From contig NZ_LN831039.1 of assembly GCF_001457595.1 (NCBI RefSeq), positions 6,900,001-6,932,000 on the forward strand: a DNA stretch of 32,000 bases, given 5' to 3'. This DNA comes from Mycolicibacterium smegmatis. GTDB lineage: Bacteria > Actinomycetota > Actinomycetes > Mycobacteriales > Mycobacteriaceae. Below, piece by piece: positions 16,677-25,581 of the stretch. The translations under genes and the position numbers were made by a program. The notes under the pieces are model-generated. The model made no database searches. It was not told the origin of the DNA and saw only the letters and a program-made list of their open reading frames with translations. Position 1 is the stretch's first letter; each line of letters begins with the position of its first letter.

Positions 16677-17381
16677 CTAGTCGCGACCTCTCCGCAATGA
16701 GCCCACCACCAGACGGGAGCGGGCCAGTTCCGTGGCCTGGGTCTCCGTCGCCTGATCCGTCACCCGCAGGAAGTCACGAATCTCGGCCAGCACCCGCGGG
16801 CTGCGCTTGCGGAGGCCATCGGCCAACTCGGTGATCTGTGCATCCAGCTCAGCGGCCTCGGCGACCTGGGTCACCAGCCCGAGGGCGACCGCTTCGCCGG
16901 CGTCGACACTCGCGCCGGTCGCCGTCAACCGCATGGCCTGGCGGCGGCCCACCAGCTGCGGCAGCCAGGCCAGCACCAGTACCGGGGCCAACCCGATCTC
17001 CACCTCGGGGAACGAGAACTTCGCCTCCGGTGTGGCGATGGCGAAGTCACACAGCGCCGCCAGACCCACGCCGAATCCTGCGGCATCGCCGTGCACTCGG
17101 GCGATCGACACAAGCCTGCTGTGGCGCAGCGCGTGATTCACCGCCACCAGCCGATCGACCTCACGGGGCAACTCGTCGACGGTGGCCGCGGTGCGGTCCC
17201 GGCCCGTGCAGAACTGCTCACCCATCGACGCGAGCACCAGCACTCTCGCCTCTGCAGGCGGAGCGAGGATCAGCTCGGCGAGTTCGTCGCAGGCGTCCAG
17301 GGAGAGCAACCCCTCATCGGAGACGGGAAAGGTGATCGTGAGGATGCCGTCGGTCAGTGTGTACGAGACAAGGGAAGTCAT
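16677..17381 (-). CDS. Enoyl-CoA hydratase/isomerase (crotonase) family protein
   Basis: 234 aa. Crotonase pattern FCTGRD...HGDAAGFGVGLAALCDFAIATPEAKFSFPEVEIGLAP. Start lies 2 nt after the ALDH stop. Confidence 0.85.
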   Translation of the reverse strand: MTSLVSYTLTDGILTITFPVSDEGLLSLDACDELAELILAPPAEARVLVLASMGEQFCTGRDRTAATVDELPREVDRLVAVNHALRHSRLVSIARVHGDAAGFGVGLAALCDFAIATPEAKFSFPEVEIGLAPVLVLAWLPQLVGRRQAMRLTATGASVDAGEAVALGLVTQVAEAAELDAQITELADGLRKRSPRVLAEIRDFLRVTDQATETQATELARSRLVVGSLRRGRD

Positions 17382-17383
17382 TG

Positions 17384-18886
17384 TCAGTTGAGCCTTTCCT
17401 GGCCGACACCGGCGTACCAGTCGACATCAGTGGAATCCGTTCGGATCGTCACGCTCCGAACATTGGTGAAGTCGTGGAAGGATTCCCACCCACCTTCACG
17501 GCCCTGGCCGCTCTCGCGGACACCACCCCACGGTGAGCAGGGGTCGAGGCGGTGGTGGTCGTTCACCCACACGATGCCCTGTTCGAAACGGGATGCCACT
17601 CGGTGCGCCCGCGCGACATCGCGCGTCCAGATCGACGAGCCCAGGCCGTAATCGGAATCGTTGGCAATGCGAACCGCGTCGTCCTCGTCCTCGAACGGGA
17701 TCACCACGAGCACCGGGCCGAAGATCTCCTCGCGCGCCACCCGCATGTCATTGGTGACGTTGCTGAGCACTGTGGGTTTGACGAAGAAACCGTCCATTCC
17801 GGCAACCTCGGCGGCCGCGCCGCCGGTGGCCACCGTCGCGCCCTCCTCAACCCCGATCGCGACGTAGTTCAGGATGCGCTGTCGCGCCCGTTCCGAGATC
17901 ACCGGTCCCAGTTGAGTTTCGGCCAGCGCGGGATCACCGATGCGGATCGCCTCGGCCTGCGCCACCAGCGCGTCGACGAACTGCTGATAGATGGTCGACT
18001 GCACGATCAACCGGGTCCCGGCGATGCAAGTCTGCCCGGCACCGATGAACCCACCGAAGGCGGCGCCGCGCGCGGCGACGTCGACGTCCATGTCGTCGAA
18101 CACCACGACCGGTGACTTGCCGCCGAGTTCGAGTGTGGCCTTGGCGAATCGGCGCGCGGTGGCCACCGCGATCGACCGTCCCGGTTCGGTGCCGCCGGTG
18201 AACACCGCCTTCTTGACCAGCGGATGTTCGACCAGCCGGGCACCGGCATCCGGGCCCAGGCCCGGCACCACGTTCAGCACGCCCGGCGGGATCCCGGCCT
18301 CCAGTGCCAGCTGACCGACCACCAACGCGGTGAGCGGGGTCTGCTCGGAAGGCTTGAGCACCACGCTGTTGCCGGTGGCCAGCGCCGGCGCCAGGCTCTT
18401 CGAGGCGATCATCAGCGGATGGTTGAACGACGACAGGATTCCGACCACGCCCAGCGGCATCCGGCTGGTGTAGGAGTGGTACGGGCCCGACATGGGGACC
18501 ACCGACGTCCGGTCGGCCAGCAGCAGCGCCGCGTTGTACCGGTACCACTCCGGCAACCGGGTGATCTGCGCCTTGGTCTCGGTGATCGGCCTGCCGTTGT
18601 TCAGCGTCTCAAGCCGGTACAACTCCTCCATGTTCGCTTCGAGGAGGTCGGCGAACTTGTTCATCACCTTCGCACGGTGGTGGATCGGGGCGTCCCGCCA
18701 GACACCGGATGTGAACGCCGCCTGGGCGTTCTCGACGGCAGCATCGATATCCGCGGCGTCACCGCAGTGACACCTCGCGAAAACCTGCCCGGTCGCCGGG
18801 TTGATGACGTCGAGTACCTCGCCGTGGCCGTCGACCCGCCGGCCGTTGACGAGAAGCTGCTCGACGGTGATCTGATCAGTGGTCAT
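17384..18886 (-). CDS. NAD(P)-dependent aldehyde dehydrogenase
   Basis: 500 aa with AAGAGGA RBS. Catalytic motifs ELGGKSP and GQTCIAGTRL, plus EEIFGPV. Confidence 0.9.
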   Translation of the reverse strand: MTTDQITVEQLLVNGRRVDGHGEVLDVINPATGQVFARCHCGDAADIDAAVENAQAAFTSGVWRDAPIHHRAKVMNKFADLLEANMEELYRLETLNNGRPITETKAQITRLPEWYRYNAALLLADRTSVVPMSGPYHSYTSRMPLGVVGILSSFNHPLMIASKSLAPALATGNSVVLKPSEQTPLTALVVGQLALEAGIPPGVLNVVPGLGPDAGARLVEHPLVKKAVFTGGTEPGRSIAVATARRFAKATLELGGKSPVVVFDDMDVDVAARGAAFGGFIGAGQTCIAGTRLIVQSTIYQQFVDALVAQAEAIRIGDPALAETQLGPVISERARQRILNYVAIGVEEGATVATGGAAAEVAGMDGFFVKPTVLSNVTNDMRVAREEIFGPVLVVIPFEDEDDAVRIANDSDYGLGSSIWTRDVARAHRVASRFEQGIVWVNDHHRLDPCSPWGGVRESGQGREGGWESFHDFTNVRSVTIRTDSTDVDWYAGVGQERLN

Positions 18887-18901
18887 TGATGTGTTCCTCT
18901 T

Positions 18902-18934
18902 GATAAAAGCCGAGTCCTACCGGGGAACTCAGGC
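18902..18934 (-). terminator. Terminator/attenuator-like hairpin with U-tract between the triple-RidA gene and the ALDH gene
   Basis: Minus-strand RNA: GCC-U-GAGUUC CCCGGUA GGACUC-GGC UUUUAU. That is 9 bp with one bulge and one G-U pair, and a 7-nt loop. The stem includes the ridA-like stop codon and ends about 6 nt before the ALDH RBS. Stability was not computed. Confidence 0.35.
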
Positions 18935-20059
18935 TTCGACTCGGTAGACGATCTCCAGGGCCGCGCGGGTCCCGCCGACCGACGTGGAGGTAGTGATGGC
19001 GGCACGCTCGGTGAATGTGCTCGGCAGACCGCGGCCGAAGCCGTAGATGTCGGCCGGCGCCGGCAGGAACGCGTGCACCTTGACGGGTTCCACCGCACCG
19101 GGTTGTGCGATCGCAGCGTCGAATGCGGCCCGGACGGCGTCGCGCACCTCGAAGGGCCGGTAGCCTTCCTGGCCGATCTCGACGTCGACGACGGCGAACC
19201 GTGTGGCAGGTTGCGAAGTTCCCGCTCGGACGGCGATGACGTCGATCTCGACCTGCGCACCGCCGGTGAGCAGTTCCTCCACCCCGACGATGAGGTACGG
19301 CGGCGGGTTGCCGTCGAACTTTTCTCGCCACAGTTCGTCGAACAGCGGGGCGTCGGCCATGTTCTTCAGGAAGACATGCACACGGACGGTGTTGTCCCAG
19401 TCGCTGCCGGCGTCGCTCAGCAGTGTCTCGCAGATGCCGATCGTGAACTCGGCCTGGGCGGTCAGTGCCGACACATGATGCGGAAAGTGCGGGCTCACGG
19501 TGGCCGCCGGGGCCAGGCCGGTGTCTCCGAACTCGGTGGGCAACTGCCCGGCGAGGAACAGCCAGTCCCCCGCCGCGACACACGGGGTGTAGTTGGCCAG
19601 CGGCTTGGGCAGCGTCGGGCTGTCGACGTGGGTCACGGTCACCCCGTCGGCGGCGGCGATGACGTCGACGACCACCAGGGCTCCTGGTACCGGCATCTCC
19701 TCCGCGCCGACACCGACTGTCGTACGTGGTGGCGGAACCGGGAAGAACCGCTTCCACACCTGATCGAAGGCGTCGAACAGGCGACAGTCCGCGATGAAAA
19801 CCTGTGTCTTGACCACTTTTTCAAGGCTGGTGCCGGCCTCGGCCAGGAGCTGTTGCAGCTTCTCCAGCAGGTAGGTGGTCTGCTTCTGGATGTCGGCCCC
19901 GTAATAGGGGAACTCAGGTGAGACCGCCGCCTGCGGTGGGATGCCGACACCCGGGTCTGCAGCGCTCAGCCCGGATACGAACACCAATCCGTCGGTGACC
20001 ACCACTCGCGCGTCGAGCAGCGCTTCGACGCTCTGAGCTCCAGTCTGTTTGTTGGACAC
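18929..20059 (-). CDS. Three-domain RidA/YjgF/L-PSP-like fusion protein (single-chain pseudo-trimer candidate)
   Basis: Track ORF 18929..20260 overlaps the upstream ATPase gene; I prefer GTG 20059 with GGAGAGG upstream (377 aa). Domain 1 ends ...PPPRTTVGVGAEEMPVPGALVVVDVIAAA. Domain 2 ends ...PPPYLIVGVEELLTGGAQVEIDVIAVR. Domain 3 is shorter and ends ...ERAAITTSTSVGGTRAALEIVYRVEA. Confidence 0.8.
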   Translation of the reverse strand: MSNKQTGAQSVEALLDARVVVTDGLVFVSGLSAADPGVGIPPQAAVSPEFPYYGADIQKQTTYLLEKLQQLLAEAGTSLEKVVKTQVFIADCRLFDAFDQVWKRFFPVPPPRTTVGVGAEEMPVPGALVVVDVIAAADGVTVTHVDSPTLPKPLANYTPCVAAGDWLFLAGQLPTEFGDTGLAPAATVSPHFPHHVSALTAQAEFTIGICETLLSDAGSDWDNTVRVHVFLKNMADAPLFDELWREKFDGNPPPYLIVGVEELLTGGAQVEIDVIAVRAGTSQPATRFAVVDVEIGQEGYRPFEVRDAVRAAFDAAIAQPGAVEPVKVHAFLPAPADIYGFGRGLPSTFTERAAITTSTSVGGTRAALEIVYRVEA

Positions 20060-20150
20060 GATAACTCGCCTCTCCGGCGGGTGTTCTCCCGCCCGATCGT
20101 TGTTCTGCGATTGATACGGCCCTCGGTCTGGCCGTGAGGTTCTACGGGAT

Positions 20151-20873
20151 TCAGTGGCTGCCTTCGACGCCGAAGAAGAGCTTGCGCAGCCCCTCGTCTT
20201 CGAGGACGGCCGCCACTTCCTGCTCGGGGCTGATCCGTCCGCCCTGCATGATGTGCACACGGTCGCAGTGCGGCAGGATGACGGCGGGATTCTCTTCGAC
20301 GACCCACAGCACGCCGACGCCGTCGCTGGTCACTCCGGCGATGCTCGCGATGAGTTCTCCGACGATGGATGGCGCGAGACCGGTGGTGGGTTCGTCGAGC
20401 GCCAGAAACTTCGGATCCGACGCCAGTGCGCCGGCCACCGCGAGCATCTGACGTTCGCCGCCGGACAGTGTCGAGGCGCTGCTGTCCCGCCGTTTCCCCA
20501 GAGACGGGAAGCGGTCGAAAGCGAGGTCGATACCCGCGCTGACCTTGGAGCGTCCGAGTGGCATCAGTGCCACCCGGATGTTCTCCAGGACAGTGAGGTT
20601 GGGGAAGGTGTTGCCGCCCTGCGGGACATAGGCCATGCCGCGGCGCACCATCTGCGCGGTCGGTACGTTGACGAGCCCTTCGCCCAGGAGCGAGATCTCC
20701 CCGGACATCGGCTCCACCAGACGGAAGATCGACTTCAGCAGCGTCGACTTACCTGCCCCGTTGGGCCCCACCAGCGCGACCGTCTCGTTTCCTCGGACCT
20801 GGATCGAAACATCGTGGATGACAGGAAGTTTGCCGTACCCGGCGGTGACGCCGCGAACGTCCAGAAGGGTCAT
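20151..20873 (-). CDS. Branched-chain-amino-acid-type ABC transporter ATP-binding protein (LivF-like)
   Basis: 240 aa. Walker A GPNGAGKST, signature LSGGERQML, Walker B LALDEPTTG. ATGA overlap with the upstream gene. Confidence 0.9.
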   Translation of the reverse strand: MTLLDVRGVTAGYGKLPVIHDVSIQVRGNETVALVGPNGAGKSTLLKSIFRLVEPMSGEISLLGEGLVNVPTAQMVRRGMAYVPQGGNTFPNLTVLENIRVALMPLGRSKVSAGIDLAFDRFPSLGKRRDSSASTLSGGERQMLAVAGALASDPKFLALDEPTTGLAPSIVGELIASIAGVTSDGVGVLWVVEENPAVILPHCDRVHIMQGGRISPEQEVAAVLEDEGLRKLFFGVEGSH

Positions 20874-21649
20874 TGTGCGCTCCCGAGGTAGATTTCCGCG
20901 ACGGTGGGGTGCACGGCGATCTCGTCGGGTGTGCCCGATGCCACCACCCGACCTTCGGCCATCACGTACACGTAGTCGGACACCGCGAACACGAACTGGA
21001 TGTTGTGGTCGATGATCAACAGCGTGATACCCCGGTCGCGCAGGCTGGTGACCTGTTCGGTCAGTCGGCCGATGCCCGCAGGTGCGACCCCGGCGGCGGG
21101 TTCGTCCAGCAACACCATCCGCGGCTGCACCATGAGCAGACGAGCGAAGTCGACCAGCTTGGTCTGTCCTGCCGTGAGGTCTTCAAGCCGCTGATCCTTG
21201 ACGTCGGTGAGCCCGAGCTCCTCCAGAAGAACGGCGGCACGTTCGGCAGTCTGCTGTTCCATCTCCACCCATTGCCGTCGACCGAACAGCGCCCGCCACG
21301 GTGACTCCGACCGGTCCGCGCCGGCGGTCATCAGGTTCTCCCAGACCGACAGCAACGGGAACCCGACGGGTGTCTGGAAGGAGCGGACCATTCCCCGCCG
21401 TGCGATCTTCCACGCCGCCTCGCGTTCGATGCGGTCGCCGAACAGTTCGACTTCGCCGGTGTCGGCCTGGTCGAAACCGGTCAGGACGTTGAACAGACTG
21501 GTTTTCCCGGCACCGTTCGGGCCGATGATCGCCGTGATGCTACCTTTCGGCGCCTCAAGCGAAACCCCGTCGACCGCACGGATTCCGCCGAACGACTTGC
21601 TGACATCTGATGCGCGGAACGCGACCTCCATCGCGATACCGGTGCTCAT
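20870..21649 (-). CDS. Branched-chain-amino-acid-type ABC transporter ATP-binding protein (LivG-like)
   Basis: 259 aa. Walker A GPNGAGKTS, Walker B VLLDEPAAG. ATGA overlap with the permease gene. Confidence 0.9.
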   Translation of the reverse strand: MSTGIAMEVAFRASDVSKSFGGIRAVDGVSLEAPKGSITAIIGPNGAGKTSLFNVLTGFDQADTGEVELFGDRIEREAAWKIARRGMVRSFQTPVGFPLLSVWENLMTAGADRSESPWRALFGRRQWVEMEQQTAERAAVLLEELGLTDVKDQRLEDLTAGQTKLVDFARLLMVQPRMVLLDEPAAGVAPAGIGRLTEQVTSLRDRGITLLIIDHNIQFVFAVSDYVYVMAEGRVVASGTPDEIAVHPTVAEIYLGSAQ

Positions 21650-22620
21650 TTGGCAGCCTCCTTCTTCCTCGAGCCCGGCAACAGGTCCCGCTCACTGAAC
21701 TGGAACGCGGATCGCTCGCTCATCAACCCTTCCGGGCGGAAACGCAGTACGAGGACCAGCAGAACGCCCAGGATCACGGGACGCGTGGCAGCGAGCATCT
21801 GTGCATATTCGGCGGATCCCTGCAGGAAGGTGAGCATCTCGGTGCAGACGATCAACAGCGCTGCGCCGATCACCGGCCCCTTCCGGCTGGCGATGCCACC
21901 GATCACAAGCGCTGTCCACACCACGAAGGTCAGTTCGGAGACGAACAGCGACGGGACCACGCTGCGGACGTGCCAGAGGTACAGGGGCGTGATCAGCCCG
22001 ATCAGTGCCCCGGCGAGCACGTAGGTGATGAGGCGGTACCGCACGATGTTCTTACCGAGCGAGCGCGCCACGGCTTCGTTGTCGCGGCTGGCACGCAGCA
22101 ACCGCACGTACGGTGTCTTGGCGAGCCGGTTGGTCAGCAGGTAGATCACCAACGCGACAGCCACCGCCAGGGCGAGCAGCACCCAGCGGTACTCCGAGGC
22201 CGGGACCAGATCGCGGAACGGCCGGTCGATCGAGGAGAAGCCTGTGGTGCCGCGGGTGAGCCGCGACTCGCTGATGGTGAGCTGATGGATCACCTCGGCG
22301 AACGCGAGCGTGGTGATCAGAAAGTACTCGCCGCGCAACCGGATCGAGGGCAGCGCCACGATGAACGCGGCCACCGCCGTCACCAGGACGGCACCGACGA
22401 TGCCGACCGCCATCGGCCATCCCGGGGTGAACACCAGCCCGGTGTCCACGCGGGTCTGCGTCAGGATGATGTAGGTGTAGGCCGCCACCGCCACCAGCCC
22501 GGCGACGCCGAGATCCCACATACCGGCCCAGCCGGCAACCAGATTGAGCACCATCGCCAGTGCGGCGTAGATCGCGGCGAGGGTCAGGACGCCGACGAGG
22601 AACACGAGGAGGGATTGCAT
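21646..22620 (-). CDS. Branched-chain-amino-acid-type ABC transporter permease (LivM-like)
   Basis: Real start is ATG 22620 (MQSLLVFLVGVLTLAAIYAALAMVLNLVAGWAG...) inside track ORF 21646..22923. TAATG junction with the LivH-like gene. Confidence 0.9.
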   Translation of the reverse strand: MQSLLVFLVGVLTLAAIYAALAMVLNLVAGWAGMWDLGVAGLVAVAAYTYIILTQTRVDTGLVFTPGWPMAVGIVGAVLVTAVAAFIVALPSIRLRGEYFLITTLAFAEVIHQLTISESRLTRGTTGFSSIDRPFRDLVPASEYRWVLLALAVAVALVIYLLTNRLAKTPYVRLLRASRDNEAVARSLGKNIVRYRLITYVLAGALIGLITPLYLWHVRSVVPSLFVSELTFVVWTALVIGGIASRKGPVIGAALLIVCTEMLTFLQGSAEYAQMLAATRPVILGVLLVLVLRFRPEGLMSERSAFQFSERDLLPGSRKKEAAK

Positions 22621-23483
22621 TACGCAGCCTGCTTTCTCTGCCGGACGCTGAACAGCCCGCTGGGCCTGACCAGCAGGACGATGATCAGCGCCACGAACGC
22701 GACGACCGTGCGGTACTCGGTGGGGATGACCAGTGCGCTCAGGTCCATGGCCAGGCCGAGAAGCAGGCTGGCCATGATCACTCCGTAGGTGCTGCCGAGC
22801 CCACCGAGCACAGCCGCGGCGAGAATGAGAAGAATGTTCTGCCAACCCAGTTCGGGGCCGACCGAACCGATGATGCCGATCATCACACCCGCGAGCCCGG
22901 CGAGGAACCCGGCGATGAACCACACCTGGTAGGACACGAACCGTGTCGAAATCCCGCGCACCCGAGCCAGATCGGGGTTGCCGGCCGCGGCACGTATCGA
23001 GATCCCCGCGGGGGTCTTCGTCAGGAACAAATGCAACGCGAGAATCGACACCGCGGAGGTCACGATGATCGCGACCTCACCGAACGAGATCTGCACTCCC
23101 ATCACGGAGTAGCTGCTCCCGAAGGTCACCTCGTAGTGCTGCAGGTTGGCTCCGAAGGTCATCACCAGCAGGCCATAGATGATGTAGGCGACACCGACAG
23201 AAGAGAACAGCTGGACCAGCACACCCTTCTGCCGGATCGGCTCGAACACAACCACCGACAGGATCACCGCCGCGACACCGGTGGCGATGGCGGCGAAAAG
23301 GGCTGCGGCCCAGGTTGGCACGCCCCAGTCCCGGGAGGCCATCAGTCCGAGGAAGGCCGCCAGCGCCAGGAACTGTCCGTGTGCGATGTTGAGGAATCCC
23401 TCGGTCTGGCGCACCATCGAGAAGCCGACGGTGGCCATCGCAAGGATGCTTCCGGTCACGAGACCGAAAATCACGTACTGCAC
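22620..23483 (-). CDS. Branched-chain-amino-acid-type ABC transporter permease (LivH-like)
   Basis: Track ORF 22620..23531; I prefer GTG 23483 (VQYVIFGLVTGSILAMATVGFSMV...NIAHGQF), preceded by AAAGGG. Confidence 0.9.
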   Translation of the reverse strand: MQYVIFGLVTGSILAMATVGFSMVRQTEGFLNIAHGQFLALAAFLGLMASRDWGVPTWAAALFAAIATGVAAVILSVVVFEPIRQKGVLVQLFSSVGVAYIIYGLLVMTFGANLQHYEVTFGSSYSVMGVQISFGEVAIIVTSAVSILALHLFLTKTPAGISIRAAAGNPDLARVRGISTRFVSYQVWFIAGFLAGLAGVMIGIIGSVGPELGWQNILLILAAAVLGGLGSTYGVIMASLLLGLAMDLSALVIPTEYRTVVAFVALIIVLLVRPSGLFSVRQRKQAA

Positions 23484-23558
23484 TGCAACACCCTTTCGAG
23501 GTTTGCCGACGTTGTGGATACCGGCGGTCACCGACGACCGGTGACCGCCGGGGCGACA

Positions 23559-24815
23559 TCAGTCGCCGACGAGCTTGCGCAGCGCGGGATCGAGTTCGAT
23601 CACGTCGACCTGGGTCCAGGCGCGGTCGATGATGAACTGCTCACCGAACAGCGGTGCGGCCAGGTTGTTGTGCTCGTTGAGGTCCAGGCTGCCCGAAGCA
23701 CCGTGGTAGTTGATCTCGTTGCCGGCTTCGAGTTCCTTGAGGCCGTCGGTGTAGGAGTAGACCTCCACACCGCCCGAGTTGAGAACTTGGGGAATCGCCT
23801 CGGCGATGGCGGCACCGTCGGTGCTCTGTGCCTTGGTGATCGCCAGGGCCAGCGCGATGTACTGGTCGTACTGGTTGGCGTCGTAGACACCGGCAGCCGG
23901 CGGATTCCCGGTCTTGGCCTGGAACTTGTCCGCGAACACCTTGTAGGCCGGCGACTCGGTGTCGTACGCGGCGATGGCTCCCACCGCGACGCCGTTCTCC
24001 AGATCGGGCATGAGTGCCGAGATCGGCGGCGTCACGAGATCCGGTGACACGAAGAACTTTCCGCCGTAGCCGCGTCGCTGCCACTCACGGAAGATGACCG
24101 ATGCGGCCTCGTGGCCGGCGGCCAGGTACACGGCCTCGGGCTTGGCGTCGAAGGCCTGCGCCAGTTCGGCCTGGTAGGAGGACCGACCGGGATTGAACCG
24201 AACGTCGGCGACCACCTCTCCCCCGGCTCCCTCGACGAAGACCTTCTTGAAGATGTCGGCGGGTTCGGACATGCCCTCGGTGTTCTGCGCCATGACGGCC
24301 ACACGTTTGATGTTCTCGTCGCGGGCGAACTGCGCGGCGATCGTGCCACCGTCACTGTCGGATCCGGTGAGACGGAACATGAACTCGCCGGCACCGGTGT
24401 CCAGTTCCGGGGTGCCGCAACCGGGGCAGAAGACGGGGATCTCGAGCTCGTTGGCGCTGTCCAGAATGGCCAGACCACCCGTGGATTCCACGCCGCCGAC
24501 TGCGACGACGTTCTCGACGTCGACCAGGCGGGAGAAGCCCTGCACGGCACCCTCGACGGTGGAGAGATTGTCGGCGCTGACCAACTCCACCTTCTTGCCC
24601 AGGACGCCGCCGGCCTCGTTGATCTCGTCGATGGCGATGGTCACCGCGGCCTGGGAGGGCTCGTAGTAGGACGAGTAGTCGCCGGTGATGCCGTTGAGCC
24701 AGCCGAACTTGATCACGTCACCGTCGGCGGCGTCACCTCCTCCCCCACCGCTACAGGCCGTCAGAAGCATTGCGGCGCTGGCAACTACGCCGATAGCACC
24801 TTTCCGTTTGAGCAT
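23559..24815 (-). CDS. Liv-type (periplasmic binding protein type 1) ABC substrate-binding lipoprotein
   Basis: Track ORF 23559..24857; I prefer ATG 24815 with GAAAGGAAG upstream. Signal MLKRKGAIGVVASAAMLLTAC has a lipobox and is followed by a Gly-rich linker. The mature region is LivJ/K-like (IKFGWLNGITGDYSSYYEPSQAAVTIAIDEINEAGGVLGKKVEL). Confidence 0.9.
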   Translation of the reverse strand: MLKRKGAIGVVASAAMLLTACSGGGGGDAADGDVIKFGWLNGITGDYSSYYEPSQAAVTIAIDEINEAGGVLGKKVELVSADNLSTVEGAVQGFSRLVDVENVVAVGGVESTGGLAILDSANELEIPVFCPGCGTPELDTGAGEFMFRLTGSDSDGGTIAAQFARDENIKRVAVMAQNTEGMSEPADIFKKVFVEGAGGEVVADVRFNPGRSSYQAELAQAFDAKPEAVYLAAGHEAASVIFREWQRRGYGGKFFVSPDLVTPPISALMPDLENGVAVGAIAAYDTESPAYKVFADKFQAKTGNPPAAGVYDANQYDQYIALALAITKAQSTDGAAIAEAIPQVLNSGGVEVYSYTDGLKELEAGNEINYHGASGSLDLNEHNNLAAPLFGEQFIIDRAWTQVDVIELDPALRKLVGD

Positions 24816-24900
24816 CGCTCTTCCTTTCTTGGACATGCGCCACTGCACCGACGACATCTACGGCGTGTGCAGACGGTGTGGAGTGAACAGATGGAAATGT

Positions 24901-24917
24901 CGCTCTACATCAGAGCG
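24901..24917 (-). terminator. Small hairpin 5 nt after the gntR stop (weak terminator-like element)
   Basis: Minus strand: CGCUCU-GAUGU-AGAGCG followed by ACAUUUCCAU. The stem is only 6 bp and the U-tract is poor. Confidence 0.2.
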
Positions 24918-24922
24918 GGGTC

Positions 24923-25567
24923 CTACGCGCGATCATCTTTGGCCAGGAGGTATCGGACGATGAACTCGTGTGATGTCTCGAGATGAGTGCGGGTAAGTTC
25001 GTTGAGCCGCTGGCCGTCACCGGCTTTGGCGGCATCCAGGATCGCCGTGTGCTCTTCCTGCAGGTGCTCGACGTTCCCGATGACGGCGAGGTGCAGGTAG
25101 AGATAGCGGTCGGTGAGTTTGCGTAGCTGGTCGACGTGCGCGGCGGTCATGGGCCGGTTGGCGCGGTGATAGATGGCGGCGTGGAAACTCGCATTGGCTT
25201 CCAGCCATTCGACGAGATCGGTGGTATTCGACATGATTTCGAACTGCCGGGTCATCTCGATGATGTCCGCCCTGCCCACCTGCGAGGCCGCCATCTGGGT
25301 GAGGTAGGGCTCGACCGCCATCCTCATCTCATACAGCTCCTGCAGTTCCAGGATGGACAGCTCCCTCGAATAGGGCACGCCGTCAACCATGACGACCAGG
25401 CCCTCGGCCACGAGGGTCTGCATGGCGTCACGCACCGGGATGCGGCTGACACCGAATTGATCGGCGAGCTTCGAGTACGAGAGCCGTACACCCGCGCCGA
25501 TCTCACCGGTGAGCAGTGCCTGCCGAAGGCTATTCACCACTGCGTTTCCCACTGCTGCTGTCGCCAC
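24923..25567 (-). CDS. GntR family transcriptional regulator (FadR subfamily, FCD effector domain)
   Basis: 214 aa, GTG start with GGAAGGA upstream. wHTH LSYSKLADQFGVSRIPVRDAMQTLVAEGLV, then an all-helical FCD-like C-terminus (LYEMRMAVEP...FHAAIYH). Confidence 0.9.
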   Translation of the reverse strand: MATAAVGNAVVNSLRQALLTGEIGAGVRLSYSKLADQFGVSRIPVRDAMQTLVAEGLVVMVDGVPYSRELSILELQELYEMRMAVEPYLTQMAASQVGRADIIEMTRQFEIMSNTTDLVEWLEANASFHAAIYHRANRPMTAAHVDQLRKLTDRYLYLHLAVIGNVEHLQEEHTAILDAAKAGDGQRLNELTRTHLETSHEFIVRYLLAKDDRA

Positions 25568-25581
25568 TAGATCCTTCCCTC

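Noticed and set aside
20060-20150. Two GC-rich hairpins (20076-20093, 20116-20135) in the ATPase / triple-RidA spacer, considered as terminators or a riboswitch
   Set aside because: Stems are only 6 bp with no U-tract, and I recognise no conserved riboswitch-like sequence. Mentioned only as operon context.
21610-24047. Two long + strand ORFs (21610..22788, 392 aa; 22560..24047, 495 aa)
   Set aside because: Antisense to the Liv-type permease and SBP genes. Highly charged R/D/G/H-rich sequences that are implausible as proteins.
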